A DNA stretch of 64,000 bases. Source: a virus. Under the pieces are notes generated by a model. That model saw only the letters and a list, made by a program, of their open reading frames with translations, had not been told where the DNA came from and made no database searches. Shown here piece by piece: positions 33,749-42,099 of this stretch. Location: the IMG/VR virus record IMGVR_UViG_3300045988_125846, positions 32,001 through 96,000 of that record. One strand, written 5' to 3'. Numbering within the stretch: position 1 is the first letter of the stretch; every line of letters begins with the position of its first letter. A program made the translations under genes and the position numbers.

Positions 33749-36349
33749 TTACTTATTCTCTCTTTTCTTCTCAATAATCTTTCTAATAAGATCAATTGGA
33801 ATAACCATAAAGGCTAAAATTACAACTACTACCCAATGTTTGAAATCTAAAGCTGTGACCTTAATAAGATTTTCTGCAAAGTTGCAAAGAGCAAATGTCA
33901 TTGCAAAAATTCCGATTGCAATGGCTGAAAATAACTTATTCTTTCCAATGCCATTGAATAAATTAATATGCTCTGTACGAATATTAAATCCATTAAATAC
34001 TGCCATAAAGCATAACAATGCGAATCTCGCTGTCATAGCTTCTGTTTCAGATGCAAACATATTTGCAATTGGGCTAAATGTAATAATTCCATAGAGTACA
34101 ATAAATGCTACTGTACTAATCGCAATACGTTTCTTTGCTCCTCTAATGAATAAGCCAGAACCTTTCTTAATAGGTTTCTCTGTCATATACTCATCTTTTG
34201 GTGGTTCACCACCGAATGATAGTGAATTAAGGGAATCCATAATGATATTTACAATCAGAATCTGAACTGAAGCGAGTAATGCACCTGTTGCAATCATTGG
34301 ATAGATAACACTGAGAATCAGAAGTGAAATATTAATAGGTAACTGGAATTCAAGGAACATCATAATATTGTGCATAAATGTTCTTCCAAGTTCTACTGCC
34401 TTTACTACGCTTGCAAAATTATCATCTGTCAATACAATGTCTGAAGCTTCTTTTGCAACATCTGATCCACCTTGCATACCAAAACCAACATCAGCTCTCT
34501 TTAAAGCAGGACTATCATTTACTCCATCACCTGTCATTGCAACTGATTTTCCAATCTCTTGTGCTAATGTGACAAGTCTGAGTTTTGTGTTTGGTGAGCA
34601 TCTTGAAATAACTCTCAATCGAGGAATTATACTCTTTACTTCATCATCTGACATCGCTTCAAATTCATCATTTGTAAGTGCTAAATCTCCATCTTTGTAA
34701 ATTCCACACTCTGTAGCAACTGCAACTGCTGTCTCAATACAATCGCCTGTAATTTCAATAACTTGGATACCAGCCTTATGTGCTATTTTTACTGCACTCG
34801 GTACTTCATCTCTTACAGGATCTACAACACCGATAATTCCAAGGAATGTCATGTCATTTGGTATTTCATTCTCTACTAAATCACCATCTGCCATTGTAAC
34901 TGCAATACATCTCATCGCATTACTTGTCATCGCTGTAATTGCATTACTTAATGTATCATTGTCGTTATTCTCTACAATTTCACCACTTGAGTCCATTACT
35001 TTTGTACAATGCTCAATCAATTTCTCAGGTGCGCCCTTATAGTATGTAACTCCATCCTTTGTCGTAAAAGCTGAATACTTATTACTACTATTAAATACCT
35101 GCTTTAACTTAACTGGATATTTTTTCTGAATGTCAGCATGTGTTTCAGGATTTACAAGGCTAAGAACTGCTCTATCAATTGAATTACCACCTGTAATATT
35201 GTTTTCTGAATCAAATGTTGCACTATTATTTAAAGAAATGTTTGCCTCGATATTATTCCAAAGAACCGAATCCTTATTTACATCATTACCAAAGCCATCA
35301 ATAATCTTCTTTGGAGTCATAATACCTGTCGTAAGAGTACCTGTCTTATCAGTACAGATAATATCAACATATGCTAACTCTGGAATTTTACCAGGATTCT
35401 TAGCAAGAATATTGAATTTCTCCATTGTCTTTACATTCTGTTTTGTTACAAGTTTTACAATAAGAGGCAATCCTTCGGGAACAGCAGCTACAATAATTGT
35501 TAATGCTACTGAGAAGTTCTGTGCGATTTTCTGAATAATATTCAGAACGCCACCGCTAAAATATTCTCCAAATCCAACCTGTACAATTCCTGAAATTGTA
35601 AGCACCGCAAATGTAATAACGGCTGCGATTGTTCCCCACTTAGAAATGAAGTCGCTCAGATTATCAAGTGCAATATCAAGTGCTGTCTTTGGTGCTTCAA
35701 GTGTTTGCATTTTAACAAGCGTATCGCCATTTACTGTATTCACACCTACATCAGTAACAATCATTTTTCCTTCGCCTGACATTACTGTTGTGCCAGCAAA
35801 TAAGCAATTCTGATTCGTATAAGCATCTGTTGAAGTAGTTTTCTTATGAACGTATCCTTCAATTGGTGTTTTCTTACACTCTTTTGTTTCTCCATTAATA
35901 GCTGCATTGTTTACAGAAATCTTACCTTCAATGAGATATCCATCTGCAAAAATCTCTTGTCCCATTCCTACACAAACAAGATCACCAACTACCAATTCAT
36001 CCTTATTAATTGTTTGAACTTTGCCATCACGAATTACGTCACAATACCTGACTGATGTTTTGGCTCTCAACTCTGCTGCTGATTTTTGAACACCAAGTCC
36101 AGTCTTAACAGCAATACATGTTACAATTGCTAATACAACAAGAATCATAATTGGATCTGATAAATCCATTACTCCCATGACTCCAAGGAATAACTGCAAT
36201 ACTGCAATTGCAATAAGAATCATTGTGATTTTCTCACTTAATGCCTCCTTTGCGAAGTCATACCACTTGTCCAACTTTGGTTCAGGAAGCTTATTACTTC
36301 CATGAAGCTCTCTACTTTTGAGAACTTCTTTACTACTCAATCCATTCAT
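33749..36349 (-). CDS. P-type (P2, Ca2+-transporting type) cation ATPase
   Basis: Cation_ATPase_N-like LSSKEVLKSRELHGSNKL, phosphorylation site ICTDKTGTLT, and hinge MTGDGVNDSPALKRADVGFGM. 866 aa with multiple TM segments. Confidence 0.85.
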   Translation of the reverse strand: MNGLSSKEVLKSRELHGSNKLPEPKLDKWYDFAKEALSEKITMILIAIAVLQLFLGVMGVMDLSDPIMILVVLAIVTCIAVKTGLGVQKSAAELRAKTSVRYCDVIRDGKVQTINKDELVVGDLVCVGMGQEIFADGYLIEGKISVNNAAINGETKECKKTPIEGYVHKKTTSTDAYTNQNCLFAGTTVMSGEGKMIVTDVGVNTVNGDTLVKMQTLEAPKTALDIALDNLSDFISKWGTIAAVITFAVLTISGIVQVGFGEYFSGGVLNIIQKIAQNFSVALTIIVAAVPEGLPLIVKLVTKQNVKTMEKFNILAKNPGKIPELAYVDIICTDKTGTLTTGIMTPKKIIDGFGNDVNKDSVLWNNIEANISLNNSATFDSENNITGGNSIDRAVLSLVNPETHADIQKKYPVKLKQVFNSSNKYSAFTTKDGVTYYKGAPEKLIEHCTKVMDSSGEIVENNDNDTLSNAITAMTSNAMRCIAVTMADGDLVENEIPNDMTFLGIIGVVDPVRDEVPSAVKIAHKAGIQVIEITGDCIETAVAVATECGIYKDGDLALTNDEFEAMSDDEVKSIIPRLRVISRCSPNTKLRLVTLAQEIGKSVAMTGDGVNDSPALKRADVGFGMQGGSDVAKEASDIVLTDDNFASVVKAVELGRTFMHNIMMFLEFQLPINISLLILSVIYPMIATGALLASVQILIVNIIMDSLNSLSFGGEPPKDEYMTEKPIKKGSGLFIRGAKKRIAISTVAFIVLYGIITFSPIANMFASETEAMTARFALLCFMAVFNGFNIRTEHINLFNGIGKNKLFSAIAIGIFAMTFALCNFAENLIKVTALDFKHWVVVVILAFMVIPIDLIRKIIEKKRENK

Positions 36350-36436
36350 CTGTTTTACTCTCCTTTTCTATAATTTTTATATATGAATGTTAATTAGTTA
36401 CATATCTATATTCTCTTTTTAATTTGGGAATTTTAT

Positions 36437-36452
36437 TGAGCTGAATCGCTCA
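36437..36452 (-). promoter_or_regulatory. GATTCA-loop hairpin (TGAGC/GCTCA stem) upstream of the ATPase-TerD operon
   Basis: Seen in sequence; same loop and flanks as 27451-27466. Confidence 0.4.
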
Positions 36453-36478
36453 GAAATTTTTTACAATGAAACGAAGTT

Positions 36479-36979
36479 TTACTTTGATTTTTTATTTAAA
36501 ATTTTTATAGCTAACTCTTTTAATTCTTCTGTCAACCCATGCTTATATGTTGTTTTAATAAAGTGGTCAGTATTTAAAAACTCACACATATCTGAATCAT
36601 CATCTAATATAATAAAATTATCAACTGGATTCTTTGACAACCATTCTCTAATTTCATCCCCACGTTGAGTATCGCCACTCAAAGATGGAGTAATATCATA
36701 CACCTCTATATCATAATCAGATAATCTACTAATTAGTTTTGTGTACAATTTATTTCCAAAAATACTTTCTTTACCACTTCTATCACAACCAATTCGCCAA
36801 GAGGATGACACAACAATTTTTGCGTTTGTTTTGTCAATTATTTCTTTTAATAATTTTAGAGGTCTATCCTCCACTTCCGCATATAATATACATCCCGTAA
36901 TATTATTCTTTGCTCTATAAATCAGCAAGTCATCCTCAGAATTGAGTACACCATCTACATCTAAAAATATAACCTTCAT
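36479..36979 (-). CDS. HAD-superfamily phosphatase (the type found in RNA-repair 'Swiss army knife' proteins)
   Basis: VIFLDVDGVLN (DxDG motif I), VVSSSWR, and IILDDDSD. Confidence 0.55.
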   Translation of the reverse strand: MKVIFLDVDGVLNSEDDLLIYRAKNNITGCILYAEVEDRPLKLLKEIIDKTNAKIVVSSSWRIGCDRSGKESIFGNKLYTKLISRLSDYDIEVYDITPSLSGDTQRGDEIREWLSKNPVDNFIILDDDSDMCEFLNTDHFIKTTYKHGLTEELKELAIKILNKKSK

Positions 36980-37016
36980 TCTTTCACCTCTCTTCCCAAG
37001 AAATCGAACTTTACTG

Positions 37017-37331
37017 TTATTTATCTACAACAACTATCTCTTTGCCACAATAAGGACAATATTTTAAATTTGCCATATTTTCAGGTATCCTCCAATATGG
37101 ATCATCAGCATCGTCATGTTCTTTCGGGCAAATCGTTCTATAATCGTATTTTATCCATTTACAAGTTTGTATTTCCTCGTATCTTCGGAGTACAACATTT
37201 CCTCCGTCAATAAATATTTCCATTGGCTCACCAATTGCGTCTGCTTTTCCAAACACCAGTCTTCTAATTTCCTTTGGAATTACTATTCTACCTAAGTCGT
37301 CAAATCTACGAATTGTTCCCATAATTTTCAT
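37017..37331 (-). CDS. AbrB/MazE/SpoVT-fold DNA-binding protein with C-terminal zinc ribbon
   Basis: IRRFDDLGRIVIPKEIRR at the N-terminus; CPKEHDD...CPYCGKE at the C-terminus. Confidence 0.6.
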   Translation of the reverse strand: MKIMGTIRRFDDLGRIVIPKEIRRLVFGKADAIGEPMEIFIDGGNVVLRRYEEIQTCKWIKYDYRTICPKEHDDADDPYWRIPENMANLKYCPYCGKEIVVVDK

Positions 37332-37597
37332 CTTTCACCTCTCTTCTAAAGAAACGAACTTTATTTTGATATTTCTATTTTAATTTCTGTTCATTTACCA
37401 TTTTTAATAATGGAATAATCCAACTCAGAACGAGAAGAATGTCATTTGGATATTGATTCAGCCATAGAAATGAGATACTATATATGTATATCGACTTCTG
37501 GATTATTCCTAGTTGATATGCGAGATGGGCAACAGCAACTTCACGACATATCGTTGCCCATCTTTTATGTAAAAGCTATTGCTTATTACCAAATTGA

Positions 37598-39805
37598 TTA
37601 CGCATTTGCTATAAAATTATCAAAGCTGCGTTTCATATATGTATAATTAACTTTCTGTGATGAACTAAAATCAGATTTATTTCTGTAATTCTCAATCCAT
37701 TTTTCAAAATCCTGATCCTTATCATTTTGACAAGCATATGCCATGAGTGCTACTAATGCCATTCCACACTCTTTATAAACTGGATCGTCAATCTTAACAC
37801 AATCTTCTACCATGTCTGTGTAAAGGTTTATATCTTCGTCTGTCACATTTGGATTTGCATTTTCTTGAACAAAGGAAAGAACACTTTCTTCCGTATTTTC
37901 TTCAGCACTTTCTTTCGTATTGTTATTCTCCAATTCTGTGTTATTTACTTCTCTTGTACCAATATGTAAAAATTCATTCATCAGTTTTATAAGTAAATCA
38001 ATTTTACCTGTAATAGTTGCCTTTTTCTTTGTCTGTTGGTCTTTAAAATCTGCCATAGATACACCATCAACTTCTTTATCTTTAAGTTCTGTATTATATG
38101 CTCTTAAGAAATCAATGAATCTTGAATCTTCAATATTATATGTAGTAAATTTATCAAATACTGCAATCCACATTGGCATTGTAGTTGGAGTAAGTAATGA
38201 CTTCAAGTCTTTATTGTCATCGCCTAATGCTAATTCCAATCTATTAAAATGTGAATTAAGTTTTAAGAACTGCTGTTCTGTTGCATTTTCATCAACATAT
38301 TTGTAAATTGTATCAAGTTTTGCTTTCCATGAATCACGGAAGAACATTAACATTATTGATTCTGCAACAACACGTTCCAACTTTCCCTTAATAACATTAT
38401 TATCTGTAAACTTCCCACAATTTTTAAAGAATGTGTTTTTCTGTGAAATATTTTTAATATATCCCGCTGTCTGTGCAGATACATTAAGAAAACCACCCTG
38501 TTCCTTATTCATACTCGCATGATTGTTATAATCACGAATATGATCTGCAATCTGCTCATCTGTACAATCAAAGAATTTTGTTACGTTTATATTGAAATTA
38601 TTGAATCGTTTCTTTAACTCATCAGGAAGATCTTTATAATATTTCCCTATAACATCAAATATTTTCATCTCATATTCTGGTAAGCCATCTTCATCAAGTA
38701 CACGATTTCCATTATCATCTAAGACATAATCTCTATACTGAATTAAATGTCTCTCTGCTCCTGCTGAACCAATCTTAATACGATTTTCCTTGAATGCCTC
38801 AGCATATGAAAGTCTCTGCAATCCGTCAATTAAATGAGAGATTGTCAATCCCTTTTTCTTCTGTTCACAAAGAATAATTTCTGGAATAGGAAGATTACTA
38901 AGAATACGACAAAAATATCTATTCGCTTCTTCTGTAGTCCACTGAAAAGGTTCACGTTGCAAGATGTAGTTGCAGTTCACGTCTCCATTTTTCTTATCCT
39001 GTAACAACGAATACATGCTATACTTGTCCGTCCTGTAATTTTCAGATTCGCTAATTTCAATAATTCTGTCTTCCATATTATTTACCTCCACATCATAATT
39101 CCCATCATTTTTATTCTTTGAAAATACTGAAAGTCCTTTATTTATCTTAATTGACTTCATAGCACTACTATATTCTCTGTCTGATATATTCAATTTTTGT
39201 TTTATATTATCAGCAGGAACATTCTCCATCCGCATCAGCAAAATATTTTTTTGTATCCTCGGCAAAGAATCAATAAAATTATCAACTTTTTCATCGGCAC
39301 TAAAATCGAACTCACTCTTGTCTTCTACGTTAAAGTCAGATGCAATTTTTTCTACTAAATCATTATCTTCTTCAGTAGGTGCATCAAATGAAGTATCTGG
39401 AATAATAACTGGTTTTCCTTTATCGTCATCTGTTACATTTCCATTTTTATCAACCTTTACTATCTTTCCATTTTTATCAGTTAATAGATTTTTTCTTTTA
39501 CATCTCTGATAGTTGTCTCTATACCAGTCAATAACAGATTTTTTAATATTATTAATAAGGTAAGTTTTAAAACTCGCACCTTGAGATGAATCAAAGTTGA
39601 TAACACTTTCCATCAGAACATTCATTGCATCATCGTACAATTCGTCATGTTCATGTGCTGGAATCCCATACCTGAAAAATGCATTGTAACTAATTTTCTT
39701 CAATTTTGACATATCATTTACACAGTATTCAGTAATCCATTCCAACTGTTGTGATGAAAGATTATTTAATTTTTCACGCAATATTTCGTCTTTCACTTCA
39801 TGCAC
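37598..39805 (-). CDS. fusion protein: sigma-70-family (regions 2 and 4) N-terminus plus a DUF262 (ParB/Srx-fold) domain
   Basis: Region-2-like YDDAMNVLMESVINFDSSQGASFKTYLINNIKKSVIDWYRD. Region-4-like LPRIQKNILLMRMENVPADNIKQKLNISDREY. DUF262-like QREPFQW ... LIDGLQRLSY. GTG start. Confidence 0.6.
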   Translation of the reverse strand: MHEVKDEILREKLNNLSSQQLEWITEYCVNDMSKLKKISYNAFFRYGIPAHEHDELYDDAMNVLMESVINFDSSQGASFKTYLINNIKKSVIDWYRDNYQRCKRKNLLTDKNGKIVKVDKNGNVTDDDKGKPVIIPDTSFDAPTEEDNDLVEKIASDFNVEDKSEFDFSADEKVDNFIDSLPRIQKNILLMRMENVPADNIKQKLNISDREYSSAMKSIKINKGLSVFSKNKNDGNYDVEVNNMEDRIIEISESENYRTDKYSMYSLLQDKKNGDVNCNYILQREPFQWTTEEANRYFCRILSNLPIPEIILCEQKKKGLTISHLIDGLQRLSYAEAFKENRIKIGSAGAERHLIQYRDYVLDDNGNRVLDEDGLPEYEMKIFDVIGKYYKDLPDELKKRFNNFNINVTKFFDCTDEQIADHIRDYNNHASMNKEQGGFLNVSAQTAGYIKNISQKNTFFKNCGKFTDNNVIKGKLERVVAESIMLMFFRDSWKAKLDTIYKYVDENATEQQFLKLNSHFNRLELALGDDNKDLKSLLTPTTMPMWIAVFDKFTTYNIEDSRFIDFLRAYNTELKDKEVDGVSMADFKDQQTKKKATITGKIDLLIKLMNEFLHIGTREVNNTELENNNTKESAEENTEESVLSFVQENANPNVTDEDINLYTDMVEDCVKIDDPVYKECGMALVALMAYACQNDKDQDFEKWIENYRNKSDFSSSQKVNYTYMKRSFDNFIANA

Positions 39806-39815
39806 CTGCCTTACT

Positions 39816-39998
39816 TCATTTCCTTTTTCTGTCTAACTCTCTATACAAATATTCTCCAAAACTCAACTCATTATCATTGATTTTTATATGTCGTGTCTCT
39901 GAACAACATTTCGGACAACGACAGAATTTCTCATGCTTGTCCTTTGAGAACGACATAACTCCAATCATCGGAATATAACAATTTTTACAAATCACCAT
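39816..39998 (-). CDS. zinc-ribbon protein (60 aa)
   Basis: Start trimmed to the ATG after AAGGAAGG. CKNC ... CRCPKCC. Confidence 0.45.
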   Translation of the reverse strand: MVICKNCYIPMIGVMSFSKDKHEKFCRCPKCCSETRHIKINDNELSFGEYLYRELDRKRK

Positions 39999-40011
39999 AT
40001 ATATCCTTCCT

Positions 40012-40629
40012 TTACAAATCAAACAGCTCGTTCATTACTCGTGGTTCATATGTACGCTTATCCATTTTCGACATGGATTCCAAAATCTCATTTGTAACTG
40101 TGTCAGAAATCTTTTTATCAAGAATAATGTTAAGAATTTGTATCTCATTTTTAATACTTCTTCTTTTTATTCTCCGTTCCTTTATCATCTTATATGCTTT
40201 CCATCCTTGTGCTGCATTAAGATTGCAAAATTCTATATAATGATTGATATCGGATAATTCCCTATCTACAAAGCTAAGTTCTTCACACAACTCTTCTTTT
40301 CTATGTAATGCATCTGTTGCTAATCCGTTAAGATCAGTTATTTTGTCAATCCATTTCTGGATATTTTCAGCAACCATAACTTTTTCAGTATTATTTTCCA
40401 CTTCTGATTGTGTAATCTGTTTTACATTATCGGGTGGGGTATCAATTTTCTGGATATGAAATACTGATTTCAAGGCTTTGGGTAGCGAGTTATTATATAG
40501 ATTATTGGCTGCTTTATTTGAAAATGTATCAGCCAATGCCTCGCAAGATGTTGGAACATATTTACCATTACGATTTCTCATAATCCAACGAGAACCGTCT
40601 GTAATTACATATTGTGCCAACGTAATCAT
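40012..40629 (-). CDS. hypothetical protein (about 205 aa)
   Basis: The ATG abuts the SD; a TTG 9 nt downstream of GGAG is an alternative start. Confidence 0.5.
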   Translation of the reverse strand: MITLAQYVITDGSRWIMRNRNGKYVPTSCEALADTFSNKAANNLYNNSLPKALKSVFHIQKIDTPPDNVKQITQSEVENNTEKVMVAENIQKWIDKITDLNGLATDALHRKEELCEELSFVDRELSDINHYIEFCNLNAAQGWKAYKMIKERRIKRRSIKNEIQILNIILDKKISDTVTNEILESMSKMDKRTYEPRVMNELFDL

Positions 40630-40654
40630 CTCCTCTCTTTGTTTGATTTAGCAA

Positions 40655-40728
40655 TGGATCATCAGAGACTTGAACTCTGAGCCTTTCGGTTATGAGCCGA
40701 ATGCACTAACCAATTGTGCTAATGATCC
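40655..40728 (-). tRNA. tRNA-Met: tRNA-Met (anticodon CAT; elongator type, or Ile2 if lysidinylated), no encoded CCA
   Basis: Hand-folded cloverleaf: acceptor GGATCAT/ATGATCC, D stem GCAC/GTGC, anticodon stem TTCGG/CCGAA with loop CTCATAA, T arm CAGAG-TTCAAGT-CTCTG, discriminator A. Confidence 0.85.
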
Positions 40729-40760
40729 AAGTCGCTGACACTATCGCAAGTTTATCAGGA

Positions 40761-40813
40761 AGTTCTATAGTATCAGCTTGTAATCCGTTAGTGGATCAGG
40801 CTATGGTAGAACT
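40761..40813 (-). other. 53-nt structured spacer between the two tRNAs (7-bp terminal stem, 6-bp inner stem with loop ACTAAC)
   Basis: AGTTCTA...TAGAACT terminal pairing. The inner stem TGATCC/GGATTA contains a G-U pair only in the minus-strand sense. There are no D or T arms, so this is not a canonical tRNA. Confidence 0.3.
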
Positions 40814-40892
40814 ATAGCAACTACACATTTTGCTCTTACAATGATTAATTCTTGCGTTCTGCGATAGAACCCGGTCTGGAAGTATCGCATAG

Positions 40893-40964
40893 CAGGGCAT
40901 ATCAGATTCGAACTGACAAATTTCGCAGTCAAAGTGCGATGCCTTACCGCTTGGCGAATGCCCT
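40893..40964 (-). tRNA. tRNA-Gln: tRNA-Gln (anticodon TTG), no encoded CCA
   Basis: Hand-folded: acceptor AGGGCAT/ATGCCCT, anticodon stem TCGCA/TGCGA with loop CTTTGAC, T arm GTCAG-TTCGAAT-CTGAT, discriminator G. Confidence 0.8.
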
Positions 40965-41194
40965 ATAATATTATTTCCATATTTAATTGTGTAACTTAGG
41001 AATTTTAATTGCAGAAAACGCTTGAAGCTTGACTTTCTTTCGAAATATATGTAAAATAAATTCAAGCGATATTTCGCTTCTGCAATGGCTTAATGCTGTT
41101 GTATGTATTTGGTTTGATAGAGTCAAGTAGAAAGCTGTTGGCGCAGCGTTTGAATCGCTTGGCTCTATCTTTTTTTTTATTATTTACGAAAATT

Positions 41195-41223
41195 ATAATA
41201 CTCCAAACATTTGTTCTTGTCAA
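41195..41223 (-). promoter_or_regulatory. sigma-A-type promoter (TTGACA-17-TATTAT) reading toward the tRNA genes
   Basis: -35 at 41218-41223 and -10 at 41195-41200, on the minus strand. Confidence 0.55.
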
Positions 41224-41295
41224 CGCATTTCCAGAACATTCGTTCGAGATTTGTTCGTTTAATATTTTTATTATATAATACTTCAAGTCCTATAA

Positions 41296-41547
41296 TCAGG
41301 ACACTATTTGGGGAAACTTAATATTATGCACAATAAATTCCTGCACTCCATCCAGCGAAAGCAACCCAAAAAAGTCATTATCTTGATAATTAATTGTGTT
41401 TGCCCTATTTATTATTCGCTTTCCTTCATCAACAGTTATCTGTCTTGGTCTTGTATGGATAAAAGTCATACCGTTGAAGGAATCAACCCATATTTTGCCA
41501 GGTGTTTCATCAATCATTTTTTTTGCTATTTCTTTATCTACATACAT
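41296..41547 (-). CDS. hypothetical protein (83 aa), translationally coupled to the MazF-like gene
   Basis: The ATG shares one nucleotide with the mazF-like stop (TAATG). No family recognised. Confidence 0.5.
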   Translation of the reverse strand: MYVDKEIAKKMIDETPGKIWVDSFNGMTFIHTRPRQITVDEGKRIINRANTINYQDNDFFGLLSLDGVQEFIVHNIKFPQIVS

Positions 41548-41927
41548 TATGCCATTACCTCCTCAAGCTTGTAGTCTGTTCCAAAAAATAAAGAATTAAA
41601 GCATACTTTATCTACCATTCTTTTATTTTTATCATCAGTAATAGTTCCAATTTTTGAGATCACTTCATCTTTTGAGATTGTTGTGATCTGCTCACCTAAC
41701 GCCATAGAATATAATGTTAATCCATTATTTTCATTTGCTTGAATACATCCATGACAAGGCATGTTTGTCTTTTTAATCTTACTTGTCAAAGGCATCACTG
41801 TTATAATCGGAGCATATTTCGTACCCAATGGATTACTTACTATTACATAAGGTCTTTCATTCGCTTGTACCGAATTTCCTTCATAATTGATTTTTGCCTT
41901 TATTATGTCGTATCTCTGTAAATCCAT
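41547..41927 (-). CDS. mazF: MazF/PemK/EndoA-family endoribonuclease toxin
   Basis: Aligns by eye with B. subtilis EndoA: RYDIIKAKI...ERPYVIVSN...IITVMPLTSKI...LGEQITTISKDEVISKIGTI. Confidence 0.75.
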   Translation of the reverse strand: MDLQRYDIIKAKINYEGNSVQANERPYVIVSNPLGTKYAPIITVMPLTSKIKKTNMPCHGCIQANENNGLTLYSMALGEQITTISKDEVISKIGTITDDKNKRMVDKVCFNSLFFGTDYKLEEVMA

Positions 41928-41984
41928 ATGTACTCCTCCTCTCTTTTGTGTTTATGTACTTGTGGATTACCTTTGATACTTCGC

Positions 41985-42013
41985 ATTATAGCAAGTTGTC
42001 ATCAACTTGTCAA
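41985..42013 (-). promoter_or_regulatory. consensus sigma-A promoter (TTGACA-17-TATAAT) for the mazF-like operon
   Basis: -35 at 42008-42013 and -10 at 41985-41990. The spacer contains the palindrome CAAGTTGtcatCAACTTG (41992-42009). Confidence 0.65.
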
Positions 42014-42040
42014 TGGGTTTATGTCAGTTTTTTAAAATAA

Positions 42041-42069
42041 TTGACATATAGTTTGCAACAACTTATAAT
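42041..42069 (+). promoter_or_regulatory. consensus sigma-A promoter (TTGACA-17-TATAAT) for the RHH gene
   Basis: -35 at 42041-42046 and -10 at 42064-42069. The spacer contains AGTTtgcaacAACTT, related to the palindrome in the divergent promoter. Confidence 0.65.
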
Positions 42070-42099
42070 CAACTTATATTAATAAAGGAGATATTTACT

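Noticed and set aside
40761-40813. A third tRNA, possibly an amber suppressor, in the spacer between the two tRNAs (its loop contains CTA).
   Set aside because: It is only 53 nt long, has no D or T arms and has a 6-nt loop, so it cannot be folded as a cloverleaf. It is kept only as a structured spacer with low confidence.
40796-41286. Track ORFs 40796-41065, 41062-41286 and 41093-41278.
   Set aside because: They overlap tRNA-Gln (40893-40964) and the promoter/leader region. They have no SD and odd composition.
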